In this document: one piece after another, positions 1 to 11,714 of the stretch
Layout of the letters: each line of letters begins with the position of its first letter
Numbering within the stretch: position 1 is the stretch's first letter
Assembly (NCBI RefSeq): GCF_001194135.2
Contig: NC_068982.1
Coordinates: 94,594,720 to 94,633,039 of the forward strand
Source: Octopus bimaculoides
Lineage: Eukaryota
DNA: 38,320 nt
Direction of reading: 5' to 3'
Program-made: the position numbers and the translations under genes
The notes under the pieces: generated by a model
Database searches by the model: none
What the model was told of the DNA's origin: nothing
The model's input: the letters and a program-made list of their open reading frames with translations, nothing else

Positions 1-2722
1 TATAAGTACATCACTCCAAGAAAATGGGCCGACCACACATTAACACTGCCAGAACCGCGGACCCTACACTGCGAAAATGTTTTGCTGTTTCTACCAAGGT
101 TTCCTTCAGTGCTGGGCTCTCAGAGCTGGAACCAGGTATCAAAGCAATGCGAGCAACTCTGATGCAATACAAAAGTGATTCTTCTACAAAGTCACTCGAA
201 GAACTCAGAAAGACAAGAAATAACACTCAACTGACTGACACACGCTGTGCAAATAGGTATTGGCAGGAAATCTGTCAGAGCATCCAGTCAGCTGCTGACA
301 GTGGCGACACTTGTAGGATATATGCCGGTTTGAAGAAGGCCCTCGGTCCATCCGCAACCAAGTCAGCCCCTCTGAAATCAACTACTGGAGACCTCATCAA
401 AGACCAAAGCAAGCAAATGGATAGGTGGGTGGAGTACTACCAGGATCTCTACTCACGAGAGACCACGGTCGCTGAGGCTGCAATCGAGGGTGTCAAGATC
501 TTGCCTGCCATGTGCGAACTTGCCGTCTATAGCAGAGCTCACCAAGGCTATTGACTCCCTAGCCAGTGGCAAGGCTCCAGGAAAAACCGGCAAAAACCCC
601 ACTCTGCTTCGGCACCTTCATGAGCTTCTGTGTCAGTGCTCAGAAGAGGGTACAGTCCCTCAGTATATGCGGGATACTAACATTATTACGCTTTACAAAA
701 ACAAAGGTGACCGTGGTGATTGTAACAATTACCGTGGAATATCTATTCTCAGCACAGTTGGAAAGATCTTTGCTCGTGTTACCCTGTCCAGGCTACAATT
801 GCTTGCTTCTCGAATTTATCCAGAATCGCAGTGTGGCTTTAGAAGAAGCAGATCAATTATTGACATGATATTCTCCATACGCCAACTTCAGGAGAAGTCC
901 AGAGAGCAGAAAATGACATTATATATGGCCTTCAATGATCTGACTTTGACTTGGTAAGTAGAAAAGGCCTCTTCATCCTGCTTCAAAAGAACCGGATGTC
1001 CACCAAAGCTGCTGAAGATCATCAAATCTTTCCACGAGGATATGCAAGGCACCATACAGGACAATGGTTCAACATCAGCCGTCTTCCAAATGAAAAATGG
1101 GGTAAAGCAAGGCTGTGCCCTTGCTCCTACAGTATTTGGCATCATCTTCTCGCTACTGCTGTCACATGCCTTTGAGACATCAGATGATGGATTGTTTCTG
1201 CACAGTAGAAATGACGGGAAACTGCTCACTCTCTCGCCTCTGCGTGCCAAGACCAAAATCAGAAGCATCCTGATCAAGGAGATGTTCTTTGCTGATGATG
1301 CCGCTCAGCCCTGAAAAGGCTCATCAACTGCTTTGAGCAAGCATGTAGCGACTTTGGCTTAATTATCAGCATCAAGAAGATCAGCATTATGGGTCAGGCT
1401 ACATCGGACATCCCAAACATACATATTGGAGACCATAGACTACAGGAGGTGAAGTTTACCTATCTTGGCTCTACCGTCACCTACAGTCTATCTCTTGATG
1501 CCGAGCTCAATATACGCATTGGCAAGGCAGCTGCTGTGATTGCCCAACTCTCCAAACGGGCATGGGACAACGATAAGCTGACCAAGACCACAAAAATGAA
1601 GATTTACCAGGCATGTGTACTTAACACTCCACTGTATGGCATTGAGACCTGGACATCATGCACACGCCAAGAGCCTCGCCTAAATATATTTCACCTGTGC
1701 TGCGTCCAGAAAATCCTTGGAATCAAATGGCAGAATGTCCCCAACAAAGATGTCCTCAAGCAAGCAGCAATACCAAGCATTTTTACACTCCTCACACAAA
1801 GACGTATGAGATGGCTTGGACATGTTAGTTGTATGGAAGATGGCAGAATCCCCAAGGACATACTTTACGGAGAGCTTGCTAGGGGCACTAGGTCTGTGGG
1901 AAGACCGTTCTTACGATACAAGGATGTTTACAAAAGGGACATGAAGGCCTGCGACATCAATATTAGCAACTGGAAAGCAGTTGCCAGCAACNNNNNNNNN
2001 NNNNNNNNNNNNNNNNNNNNNNNNNNNNNNNNNNNNNNNNNNNNNNNNNNNNNNNNNNNNNNNNNNNNNNNNNNNNNNNNNNNNNNNNNNNNNNNNNNNN
2101 NNNNNNNNNNNNNNNNNNNNNNNNNNNNNNNNNNNNNNNNNNNNNNNNNNNNNNNNNNNNNNNNNNTCAAATGGCAGAATGTCCCCAACAAAGATGTCCT
2201 CAAGCAAGCAGCAATACCAAGCATTTTTACACTCCTCACACAAAGACGTATGAGATGGCTTGGACATGTTAGTTGTATGGAAGATGGCAGAATCCCCAAG
2301 GACATACTTTACGGAGAGCTTGCTAGGGGCACTAGGTCTGTGGGAAGACCGTTCTTACGATACAAGGATGTTTACAAAAGGGACATGAAGGCCTGCGACA
2401 TCAATATTAGCAACTGGAAAGCAGTTGCCAGCAACTGTGGAAATTTGCGATGCACCATAAAAGATGGAACACAAAGGAGTGACAGAGGGAGATGGGAGAA
2501 ATGGAAAGACAAGAACAGATGTCAATAAGAAATTGTGACATTTCAACCAGCCGGGCAAAGTCTTCGCTACATTTGCGGCACCTGCCAGAGGGAGTATTTG
2601 TTTGTCCAGGATAAGACTACACAGTCACAGCAGGAGATGTATTAGGACATGAAATGTAAAAACCGCACTAAATTATTATTTTATGCGCAACTCCATTGTC
2701 TCCCGTGACAAAAATGATGCCA

Positions 2723-2723
<1 letters not shown>
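1..2723 (+). mobile_element. Decayed RTE-clade non-LTR retrotransposon (LINE), with RT domain and 3' end; 5' part runs off the window
   Basis: Frameshifted ORFs 24-554, 490-957, 1042-1314 and 1389-2528 carry RT motifs KGDRGDCNNYRGISILSTVGK, PESQCGFR, GVKQGCALAP, FADD (1288-1299), FTYLGS and RRMRWLGHV. A C-terminal CGTCQR...HSHSRRC finger follows. The RTE-like 3' stem-loop (CCATTGTCTCCCGTGACAAAAATGATGCC) is followed by a (TA)n tail at 2725-2752. Confidence 0.92.
1723..2435. other. Exact 269-bp duplication flanking an N gap (probable unmerged contig overlap)
   Basis: 1723-1991 is identical to 2167-2435, separated only by 175 N (1992-2166). The surrounding LINE is otherwise decayed. Confidence 0.85.
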
Positions 2724-2753
<30 letters not shown>

Positions 2754-2855
2754 GATATGCAGGGCAGGGAATTATCAATTAGTAATAAAATTAATAATTA
2801 ACAATTTCTGCCGGGTAGCGCAGTATGAAAAAACCTTTTTCGGTAAATAATAATT

Positions 2856-2988
2856 TATAATCATAAATATATAGGGATAAATATATAATTTGTAGTTTTG
2901 AAATCAGTAGTTCTTTGACTGCTATTTCTGAATTCTCAGTATGTTGGAGAAGCAGGTTACTGTCAATCCCTATATATTTATGATTATA
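2856..2988. repeat. 23-bp perfect inverted repeat with 87-nt spacer
   Basis: TATAATCATAAATATATAGGGAT (2856-2878) is the reverse complement of ATCCCTATATATTTATGATTATA (2966-2988). Confidence 0.8.
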
Positions 2989-3889
2989 TATANNNNNNNN
3001 NNNNNNNNNNNNNNNNNNNNNNNNNNNNNNNNNNNNNNNNNNNNNNNNNNNNNNNNNNNNNNNNNNNNNNNNNNNNNNNNNNNNNNNNNNNNNNNNNNNN
3101 NNNNNNNNNNNNNNNNNNNNNNNNNNNNNNNNNNNNNNNNNNNNNNNNNNNNNNNNNNNNNNNNNNNNNNNNNNNNNNNNNNNNNNNNNNNNNNNNNNNN
3201 NNNNNNNNNNNNNNNNNNNNNNNNNNNNNNNNNNNNNNNNNNNNNNNNNNNNNNNNNNNNNNNNNNNNNNNNNNNNNNNNNNNNNNNNNNNNNNNNNNNN
3301 NNNNNNNNNNNNNNNNNNNNNNNNNNNNNNNNNNNNNNNNNNNNNNNNNNNNNNNNNNNNNNNNNNNNNNNNNNNNNNNNNNNNNNNNNNNNNNNNNNNN
3401 NNNNNNNNNNNNNNNNNNNNNNNNNNNNNNNNNNNNNNNNNNNNNNNNNNNNNNNNNNNNNNNNNNNNNNNNNNNNNNNNNNNNNNNNNNNNNNNNNNNN
3501 NNNNNNNNNNNNNNNNNNNNNNNNNNNNNNNNNNNNNNNNNNNNNNNNNNNNNNNNNNNNNNNNNNNNNNNNNNNNNNNNNNNNNNNNNNNNNNNNNNNN
3601 NNNNNNNNNNNNNNNNNNNNNNNNNNNNNNNNNNNNNNNNNNNNNNNNNNNNNNNNNNNNNNNNNNNNNNNNNNNNNNNNNNNNNNNNNNNNNNNNNNNN
3701 NNNNNNNNNNNNNNNNNNNNNNNNNNNGGTTGAGAGAACTTGATGCATTTCGGCAGTCTATGTCTATTATGAGACAGTTGCAAACAATGTCTTTTAAAAA
3801 AAATCAAAACTCTGCAAAAATCCGGTACAAATTCTTCATGGTTCAGTACGTTGGTAACTTTTTACTCAACCTGATATATATATCTGTGT

Positions 3890-3891
<2 letters not shown>

Positions 3892-3948
<57 letters not shown>

Positions 3949-4156
3949 TGTCCCCAAAATATTGCTTGACAACCAATGGAAGTGTGTTTATGTCCCCGTA
4001 ACTTAGCGGTTCTCTAAAGCAGACCAATAGAATAAGTACTAGGTGCACAAAAAATAAGCCCTGGGTTGATTTCTACGTCTGAAAACCTTTAAGCTTGTGT
4101 TCCAGCATGGCCGCAGTCAAATGACTGAATCATGTATAAGAAGAATAAAAAAGAAT
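3892..4156 (+). mobile_element. 3' half of octopus-type tRNA-derived SINE (family A), including internal (GT)n
   Basis: After (GT)n at 3892-3946 the sequence aligns by eye with the 3' halves of the copies at 4162-4495 and 8842-9283 (TGTCCCC...GACAACC...CCCCGTAACTTAGCGGTTC...CCAGCATGGCCGCAGTCAAATGACTGAA). It ends in an AAGAATAAAA tail. Confidence 0.85.
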
Positions 4157-4161
4157 ATATA

Positions 4162-4495
4162 GGTGCAGGCGTGGCTGAGTGGTAAGAAGCTTGCTTCCCA
4201 ACCGCATGGCTCCGAGTGGCACATTGGGCGACCATTTTCTACTATAGCCCCGGGCCGACCAAATCCTTGTGAGCGGATCTTATAGACGGAAACTGAAAGA
4301 AGCCGTCGCATATATATATATGAAGATTTATGTGTATGTGTTTGTCACCCCACCATCGCTTGGTAACCGATGTTGGTGTGTTTACGTACCTGTAGTGGTT
4401 CGGCAAAAGTAAACGATAGAGTAACTACTAGGCTTACAAAGAATAAGTCCTGGGATCAATTTGTTCGACTAAAAGTGGTGCTCCAGCATGGCCGC
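4162..4495 (+). mobile_element. tRNA-derived SINE (family A), near full length, B box deleted
   Basis: A box TGGCTGAGTGG at 4172-4182. About 15 nt containing the B box are missing relative to the 8842-9283 copy. The body and internal TA/TG microsatellite are shared with that copy. Confidence 0.85.
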
Positions 4496-4642
4496 CCTCT
4501 CTTCATATCAACTTCTCTCTTTCCTTCATATCTCCCGTTCTTTTTCCCTCTCCTTCCCTCTGCCTTTCTTCCTCTCTACCCCCCTCTATCTCTTTCACTC
4601 CTTCTCTATCCTTCCCTCCCCCTCTGGGTTTAGAAAACGAAA

Positions 4643-5124
4643 ATGGCACCAAAGTGGGAGAGCTATAATTGAATCTTCTCTTGCGAGCATGGACGATTAC
4701 TAGCGGCGATTCGCCAAACAATATCATCACTACTGCACTGAAGAACAATGGCTTCTGTAGAACCATTGAACAAATAGAGAGGAAGAAAAGTGAATTCATC
4801 CGATCCTATGCCTTTATTAGACCAAACATTGACACTGTTGATGTCATCATGGACAACTACTGTGGTAAGGCTAATAAGGATAAGGAAAACGAAGCAAAAA
4901 CCAGAAATCTCTTTGATCCAGTGGTTCCTCAAAAGAATGGATGCCCCACTCTTGTGAACAGCCAGGCTGATAAGGGTAGGGAAGCTAAGGAAGCAACAAC
5001 CAGAGGTCCCTCTGTGCCAGTGGTCCTACAAAGGAACGGAGTCCTCACCCCATTGGACAACCAGAGGGATGCAAGTTCTACCACAAGAAAAGGAAGGAAA
5101 GAACACGAGCATAAACATAAATAA
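4643..5124 (+). pseudogene. Degenerate ORF of unknown origin, possibly a LINE ORF1-like remnant
   Basis: A 151-codon stop-free frame (4669-5124) of non-microsatellite sequence. An ATG at 4643 is one base out of frame. The C-terminus is basic and low-complexity, and a pyrimidine tract lies upstream. No motif recognised. Confidence 0.3.
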
Positions 5125-5265
5125 GGAAGGAGAGAAAAAAGTAAAAGTATAAATGAAATAACTAAAACCAAAACCCCAAACCACCAAGCAAAAATAGAAA
5201 ACTTAGATATGGAGGCTCCAATGGAATCCGAAACCCTAGAGGAGTGAAGTCAAGGACATGCAAAT

Positions 5266-5917
5266 ATAATATGCTACAAAGTATATTAAACGGTTTGATA
5301 AGTCAATACCGTGTACTACTGTGCTAGTAGTGCACTGAAATCACGTGTTAAGGTCATCAGTACAGATTTTCTACAGAAATTATAGGCGGGACAGATTTTT
5401 TATGACGTTTCGTATCCGAGGCGTCAGATGTAAATAAACAATGAGATCGAAGATGAGAAAATGGGTAATGAGCATATACGCCCAGCAACCATCTAAGCTA
5501 TTAATCATCTACTAACTCATTGCTTAAATAGCCACTAAATATAGCGGTGTAACATTATTCTGTATACCGATTTACATATTAAACACATTCCTAGGAGCTG
5601 GTACGTAAATATTAATGACTTGTAGGGACACCATTTTTCGCTATGCAACCATAATATACTACAAAGTATATTAAACCCTTTATAAATCAATACTGTGTTC
5701 TACTGTGTTAGCAGTGCTATTAAGTTACTTGCTAATGTTATTTCTACAGATTTCCTAAAGAAATTATAGCCAACAATGTGATCGAAGATGCAAAATGGGT
5801 CACGAGTGTAGATGCCATATTTCAGGAGTTCTTGTTCCTTCTTAAGCACCAGTCCAATCCATTAACCATCCATGATCTAGTTGTTTAAATGCCTTCTAAA
5901 TATAGCGGTGTAACATT
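5266..5917. repeat. Diverged direct duplication (about 290 and 270 bp units)
   Basis: 5266-5556 and 5651-5917 share CTACAAAGTATATTAAA, GATCGAAGATG, AAAATGGGT and an identical CTAAATATAGCGGTGTAACATT, all in the same order. Confidence 0.8.
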
Positions 5918-6252
5918 GGTTTCAATGCTGTCTATGAGCAATGAAAGAAAAAAACCTTCAGGTCTTTTTCGCTATATACGGCTGAAAATAACTATTAGTG
6001 CTGTCTGGTAATTCATCCTGGGTCGCGCTGACGTCGCGTTCTTTCAACTTGACGTCTTGTACTTTCAACCTAATAACTTTGAAGTTCCTATTACTCTCCG
6101 GTCTCATTCGCTTGTGAGCTTGAGACAGACATTTGTAGGTAATTCTAGCAACACGAAGCATAGCAGTAATAAGGGAAGTAATGCTTCAAATACACTAAGC
6201 GTGTCAATACACATATATGATTATATACATATACATATATATATATATACAT

Positions 6253-6321
<69 letters not shown>

Positions 6322-6751
6322 TGCGTGCGTGCGTGTTTGTATGTGTATAAAAGAAATTAAAATGACAGAGGAATAAGAAATTATATGATGAACATCATTA
6401 GCTTACTGTTGATTCTGTTGTGAGACGCGATGCATTTACAGTAGAACACTTGTGTATCACCCTATAGATTCATCGGAGCTTCAAACACGAAACGCAGTTT
6501 CATTTGGCAAAACATTTACATTTACAAATGTAATTGCTTTCACATATAAAACTGCACTCATTCAACTATGAGCGGGCATTGCATCTTAAAAGCAGAAACA
6601 GCTGAAAGCTAATGAAATTTATGGCATAATTTCTTTCTCTTTTGTCACTGTAATTTCTTATTATTGCTCTGTATTCGACGGACGCATTGTTCCACCGCAT
6701 ATGTATACCGAGTTCTAACACCAGGTTATTAGAATCACTATGCCTAAGCGA

Positions 6752-6813
<62 letters not shown>
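6752..6813. repeat. (AAT)n microsatellite
   Basis: Directly visible. Many other (CA)n, (TA)n, (CATA)n, (GA)n and (GATA)n tracts occur throughout, e.g. 6256-6316, 13790-13995, 28720-28920, 32541-32630 and 35965-36020. Confidence 0.95.
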
Positions 6814-6814
<1 letters not shown>

Positions 6815-6879
6815 GATTATAATAATATCAATAATGTATGTGTGTGTGTGGGCGTGTGTGTGTGGGCGTGTGTGTGTGG

Positions 6880-6911
<32 letters not shown>

Positions 6912-7674
6912 ACGTATACAGATATCTGTGTGCATATATATTATATCAAATATATCTGCTGTATTTTGTTTCTGGCTTTGTGTTTGATACTTCCGGCATA
7001 AATTTCCCTTTTTCATCATTGCATAACAAGTGGTGTGAAATGATGTAGTTTGTTTGTATCAAAGAAAAGTATTTCTTTCATCAGTTTTATTCTCGTTTAT
7101 AACAAATTGAATGCTATCATTCCTAAAAGGAAAGGACGAAAATATTTTGAAAACGACTTCAACGCAGCTTGAAAAAAGAAACAAAACAAAAACAATGCAA
7201 AGAGCAATAAATACGAAAACGCATTGCTTTAACGTAAGTAGGAATGAATTCCTAATTGTGTGCAGAAGCCCAGACACTCACATACTCACACCAAACACGC
7301 GACTGAAGAATATTTTGATGAAAGACAGAATTCAATAGCTTTCTTGAGTTTAAAATTTATTGTGGTATTTCGAAAGTTCAATGCACTACTATGTCTTGAA
7401 TTTTCATCGCGGGGCTTTTATTCTACTCACCGTGAAGCATTGTGAACTTTGCATTACGCATGATAGTAAATACATAATCTCTATCTATCTGCCTGACTCT
7501 TTCCCTCCCTCTCTCCCCTTTCTCTGTCTTTATCGATACATATATGTGTGTGTGTGTGTGTATGTATTGTTATGGTATATTAGGTGTATATGTATACACA
7601 CACACATACACACACACACATATATATATATACATATATATATGTGTGTGTATATATATAAGTGCATATATATG

Positions 7675-7720
<46 letters not shown>

Positions 7721-7755
7721 NNNNNNNNNNNNNNNNNNNNNNATATATATATATA

Positions 7756-8500
7756 TACGAGATCTGATCAATATCTATCTGGACTGTTGCCATAGTAACG
7801 AAACTAAAGCACGTAAAATGAAGCCAGCCGTTGGGCAAAGATTGTTTTTTCACTCTGCTATGCATGTGCATTAAGTTTTAACATTCTAGCTCACTTGCGC
7901 TAGAAAGTGCTTGGAAGGAAGGTGTGTAGCGTGTGACCATCGTATTGACCATGACAGAGAAAGTTGTCAGTACGATACCTGCTCAGAGGCCAACGCAAAG
8001 TTTCAGGAAGCGTACGGAGAAGAATGTATGAGCTGCACAGAAGTGTACGAGTGATTCAGACATTTACAAGCTGATTGAAAAAATTTCGATGTGGCCGAAC
8101 GTTCTGGGACATCCACAACCAGCAGAAATGAGAAAAACATCACAGATGTGTGTGCAGTTGTAAGGAAAAATCGTCGAGTTAACATCCATGAGTTACAGAT
8201 GGATGTACAGATTAGTTATAGTTCAGTCAGCTCATTATCACTGAAGATTTGGGTATGAGACGCGTGCCTGCAAAGTTTGTGCCAAAGCTGCCTTTAGCTG
8301 ACCAAAGAGACACTCGGGTTTCAGGTGCACAAGATCTTGATTGTGTCGAGAATGATGAAAACTCTTTGAAAACTTGGCGTAGGCCTCTGAGCAAGTATCA
8401 CCAAGCTTGTAGCAAAATTTGATGCAAATTCTCTGCTCAACTTCCTCTGTCATGGTCAATGCGACGATCACACGCTACACCCCTTCCTTCCAAGCACTGC
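7756..8500 (+). mobile_element. Tc1/mariner (mariner-type) transposon relic with an inverted second copy of its 5' region
   Basis: Starts TA|CGAGATCTGATCAATA, a mariner-like TIR. Degenerate HTH translation: AYGEECMSCTEVYE*F...ERSGTSTTSRNEKNITDVCAVVRKNRRVNIHEL...ITEDLGMRRVPAKFVPKL (equivalent of the WVPHEL linker). 8372-8498 is an inverted copy of 7906-8002 encoding MTEEVEQRICIKFCYKLGDTCSEAYAKF. No catalytic DD34D domain. Confidence 0.88.
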
Positions 8501-8841
8501 ATACATACATACATACATACATACACACACACACGTGTCTGTGTGCGTCTCTATATGAGTGTATCATTGGATATACATAGATGTGTGTGTATGTGTTTGT
8601 GTGTATGTTTGTAACTAAACAGTCATTTCTCTACACTGAATAGGAAACTCTAACATAGTTTGAAAACTGATCCTAGCAGAGTCACCTTTTGTAAACACCT
8701 AATAACTCATAAACATCTAATCGTTTATGTGGAAAAAGTATCAGAAAATCCATTTCTATTCACTTTTTTCACATAATACTGTACCAAGGACTATTTCTTA
8801 TTCTACAATACACACATACATATATATACATATATGTGTAT

Positions 8842-9060
8842 CTTATTCTTTTATTCTTTTACTTGTTTCAGTCATTTGACTGCAACCATATTGGGACACT
8901 GCCTTTAGTCCAGCAAATCGACCCCAGGACTTATTCTTTGTAAACCTAGTGCTTATTGTATCGGTCTATTATACCGAACCGCTATGTTACGGGGACGTAA
9001 ACACACCGGCATCGGTTGTCAAGCGATGTTGGGGGGATAAACACAGACAAACAAACATAT

Positions 9061-9117
<57 letters not shown>

Positions 9118-9283
9118 TACGACGGGCTTCTTTCAGTTTCTGTCTACCAAATCCACTCACAAGGCTTTAGTCGGCCCGAGGCTATAGTAGAAGACACTTG
9201 CCCAAGGTGCCACGTAGTGGGACTGAACCCGGAACCATGTGGTTGGTAACCAAGCTACTTACCACACAGCCACTCCTACGCCT
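8842..9283 (-). mobile_element. Full-length tRNA-derived SINE (family A) with CORE-like segment
   Basis: Minus strand: A box TGGCTGTGTGG, B box GGTTCAGTCCC, CORE-like CCTTGGGCAAGTGTCTT, internal (TA)n/(TG)n and an AAAGAATAA tail. Confidence 0.92.
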
Positions 9284-9504
9284 AAACGCACATATATATA
9301 TAAGTTCAAATAAATGTTGCAAACCTCAATAAGGTATAATAAAGTCCAATGAAAATAGTGGTTACCTATTTAAAAAGTGTTGAAAATTACAATTAACGTT
9401 CAGCTGTAAGGTAACTAGATAAACCGTGCTTTACATATATTTTAAGAAAATAAGAAAATAGAGAGATAATTTATAATTACTTATTAATTAAAGAATTAGA
9501 CAAC

Positions 9505-9590
9505 ATCTCTGAAAGCTGTTTCGATTCCAGACGTTAATAGATTGATTACCATAATTAAAACCATTTAAAAGTCGAATCTCAGCAGAGTTG
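9505..9590 (-). ncRNA. Degenerate PLE-type hammerhead ribozyme remnant
   Basis: Minus strand: CTGCTGA-GATTC...GAATC-GAAA-CAGCTTTC. The core A6 is changed, stem II is 5 bp and stem I is weak. It lies in AT-rich pLTR-like DNA. Confidence 0.3.
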
Positions 9591-9820
9591 GCTAAAGATA
9601 TACAATTAGGTGTTCATATTCTGCTTGTTCAGTATACGGCTCCAAACCGTTAACTGATAAAATTTGTATATAAACATGGTATAAACTTTACAAAGAGCAG
9701 GAAGGTAGTATATTTATTGGAGATATAATAAAAGTAAGAAGAGAACAATATATTATTACAGGGTGTTAAATGAAAATAAATTGCGAAAGTAGGTGTTTGA
9801 GTATAATTGAAATATATTGT

Positions 9821-9905
9821 TTTCTACTCTAGGCAAAAGGGCGAAATTGTTGCAGAGGGGCCAGGCGATTAGATCGAACCCAGTACGCAACTCGTACTTA
9901 ATTTA
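9821..9905 (-). mobile_element. 3' fragment of another octopus-type SINE
   Basis: CTACTCTAGGCA...GATTAGATCGAACCCAGTACGCAACTCGTACTTAATTTA matches, from memory, the tail of a common octopus SINE. A more diverged similar stretch lies near 13115-13195. Confidence 0.5.
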
Positions 9906-9939
9906 CCGCCTTATAATTGCAATATATTATGCACCAATA

Positions 9940-10260
9940 CTTGTTGTTGTTGGCACTCCGTCGCTAACGACGTCGAGGGTTCCAGTTGATCCGATCGACG
10001 GAACAGCCTGCTCGTGAAATTAAGGTGCAAGTGGCTGAGCACTCCACAGACACGTGTAGCCTTAACGTAGTTCTCGGGGATAGTCAGCGTGACACAGTGT
10101 GACAAGGCTGACCCTTTGAATTACAGGCACAACAGAAACAGGAAGTAAGAGTGAGAGAAAGTTGTGGTGGAAGAGTACAGCAGGGTTCGCCACCATCCCC
10201 TGCCGGAGCCTCGTGGAGCTTAAGTGTTTTCGCTCAATAAACACTCACAACGCCCGGTCT
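9940..10260 (-). mobile_element. SINE-like element with (CAA)n tail; head lost in gap
   Basis: (TTG)n at 9940-9952 is a minus-strand tail. The GC-rich body (GTGCTCAGCCACTTGCACCTTAATTTCACGAGCAGGCTGTTCCG) was recognised from memory as an octopus SINE. It is cut by the N gap at 10261. Confidence 0.65.
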
Positions 10261-11084
10261 NNNNNNNNNNNNNNNNNNNNNNNNNNNNNNNNNNNNNNNN
10301 NNNNNNNNNNNNNNNNNNNNNNNNNNNNNNNNNNNNNNNNNNNNNNNNNNNNNNNNNNNNNNNNNNNNNNNNNNNNNNNNNNNNNNNNNNNNNNNNNNNN
10401 NNNNNNNNNNNNNNNNNNNNNNNNNNNNNNNNNNNNNNNNNNNNNNNNNNNNNNNNNNNNNNNNNNNNNNNNNNNNNNNNNNNNNNNNNNNNNNNNNNNN
10501 NNNNNNNNNNNNNNNNNNNNNNNNNNNNNNNNNNNNNNNNNNNNNNNNNNNNNNNNNNNNNNNNNNNNNNNNNNNNNNNNNNNNNNNNNNNNNNNNNNNN
10601 NNNNNNNNNNNNNNNNNNNNNNNNNNNNNNNNNNNNNNNNNNNNNNNNNNNNNNNNNNNNNNNNNNNNNNNNNNNNNNNNNNNNNNNNNNNNNNNNNNNN
10701 NNNNNNNNNNNNNNNNNNNNNNNNNNNNNNNNNNNNNNNNNNNNNNNNNNNNNNNNNNNNNNNNNNNNNNNNNNNNNNNNNNNNNNNNNNNNNNNNNNNN
10801 NNNNNNNNNNNNNNNNNNNNNNNNNNNNNNNNNNNNNNNNNNNNNNNNNNNNNNNNNNNNNNNNNNNNNNNNNNNNNNNNNNNNNNNNNNNNNNNNNCAA
10901 TAGCTTCTACATTTTCAATCTGATTTCTTTAAAATTCTATATACAGCTGCTTCATATCCCAGACCCGAATACAGGCTACTTATATTTTTTTTTAAATTGA
11001 TATTGGGGCCGCTAGCGTGATGGGAAAGCGACAATAGAGGGTTCCTATTCATTTGCATTAATCAGCTGTTTTATAATCTGTAAA

Positions 11085-11428
11085 GTCTTCGATACATTTT
11101 TTATCGTTTTATAAAAGTGAAAGAATTTTGTCTATTTCCATTGCCAACCAGCGACGGTGATTAAATAGCCTAGGAACACTGAAAACATACATTTCCACAA
11201 TTCACAACCGATTTTCACCAAACTTTACACACACATTACATGTGTTCCAAGGATGGTAATGCACTAAAGATTTTGCCCAGAGCTCCCGCGTAAATGGACC
11301 AAAATGGACATAGTTTTTCGTTTGTAGTGTCTTCCATACCTTTTTAATCGTTTTATAAAAATGAAAGGAGTTTGTCTATTTATTTCGACTGTCCACTTGC
11401 CACGTGATTAAACTGACTATGAACACTG
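11085..11428. repeat. Diverged direct repeat of about 100 bp
   Basis: 11085-11181 and 11329-11428 share GTCTTC, ATCGTTTTATAAAA, TGAAAG, TTTGTCTATTT, GTGATTAAA and GAACACTG in order. Confidence 0.7.
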
Positions 11429-11714
11429 TACGTGATGAATATCCTATACCAAACAATCTTAAACTCCATATTTAAACTGCATTAAACTTTGGAAAGCTGA
11501 TCTTTACCTATTCTGAGTTACTTGAAAGATGATGTTCCCTTCCTTCTCTTTTATTTGTTGATACCTTTGTTTACCTACCAATGTGTTGTTTCACTTTAAG
11601 GATGTTTATTTACCCATCCATTATGATATTTCGATTGTTGTTCATTGCTTCAAATACGTTTTAGTATTGTCATTCTAGCCTTGTTTTAAACAATCGCATA
11701 TGATTCATCTCAAA

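Noticed and set aside
3728-3873. Possible short TIR pair GGTTGAG/CTCAACC
   Set aside because: Only 7 bp, and the left side is cut by a gap.
5958-6230. Minus-strand signal-peptide-like MCIDTLSVFEALLPLLLLCFVLL
   Set aside because: A stop follows after 36 codons with no usable donor, and it starts within a TA-rich tract.
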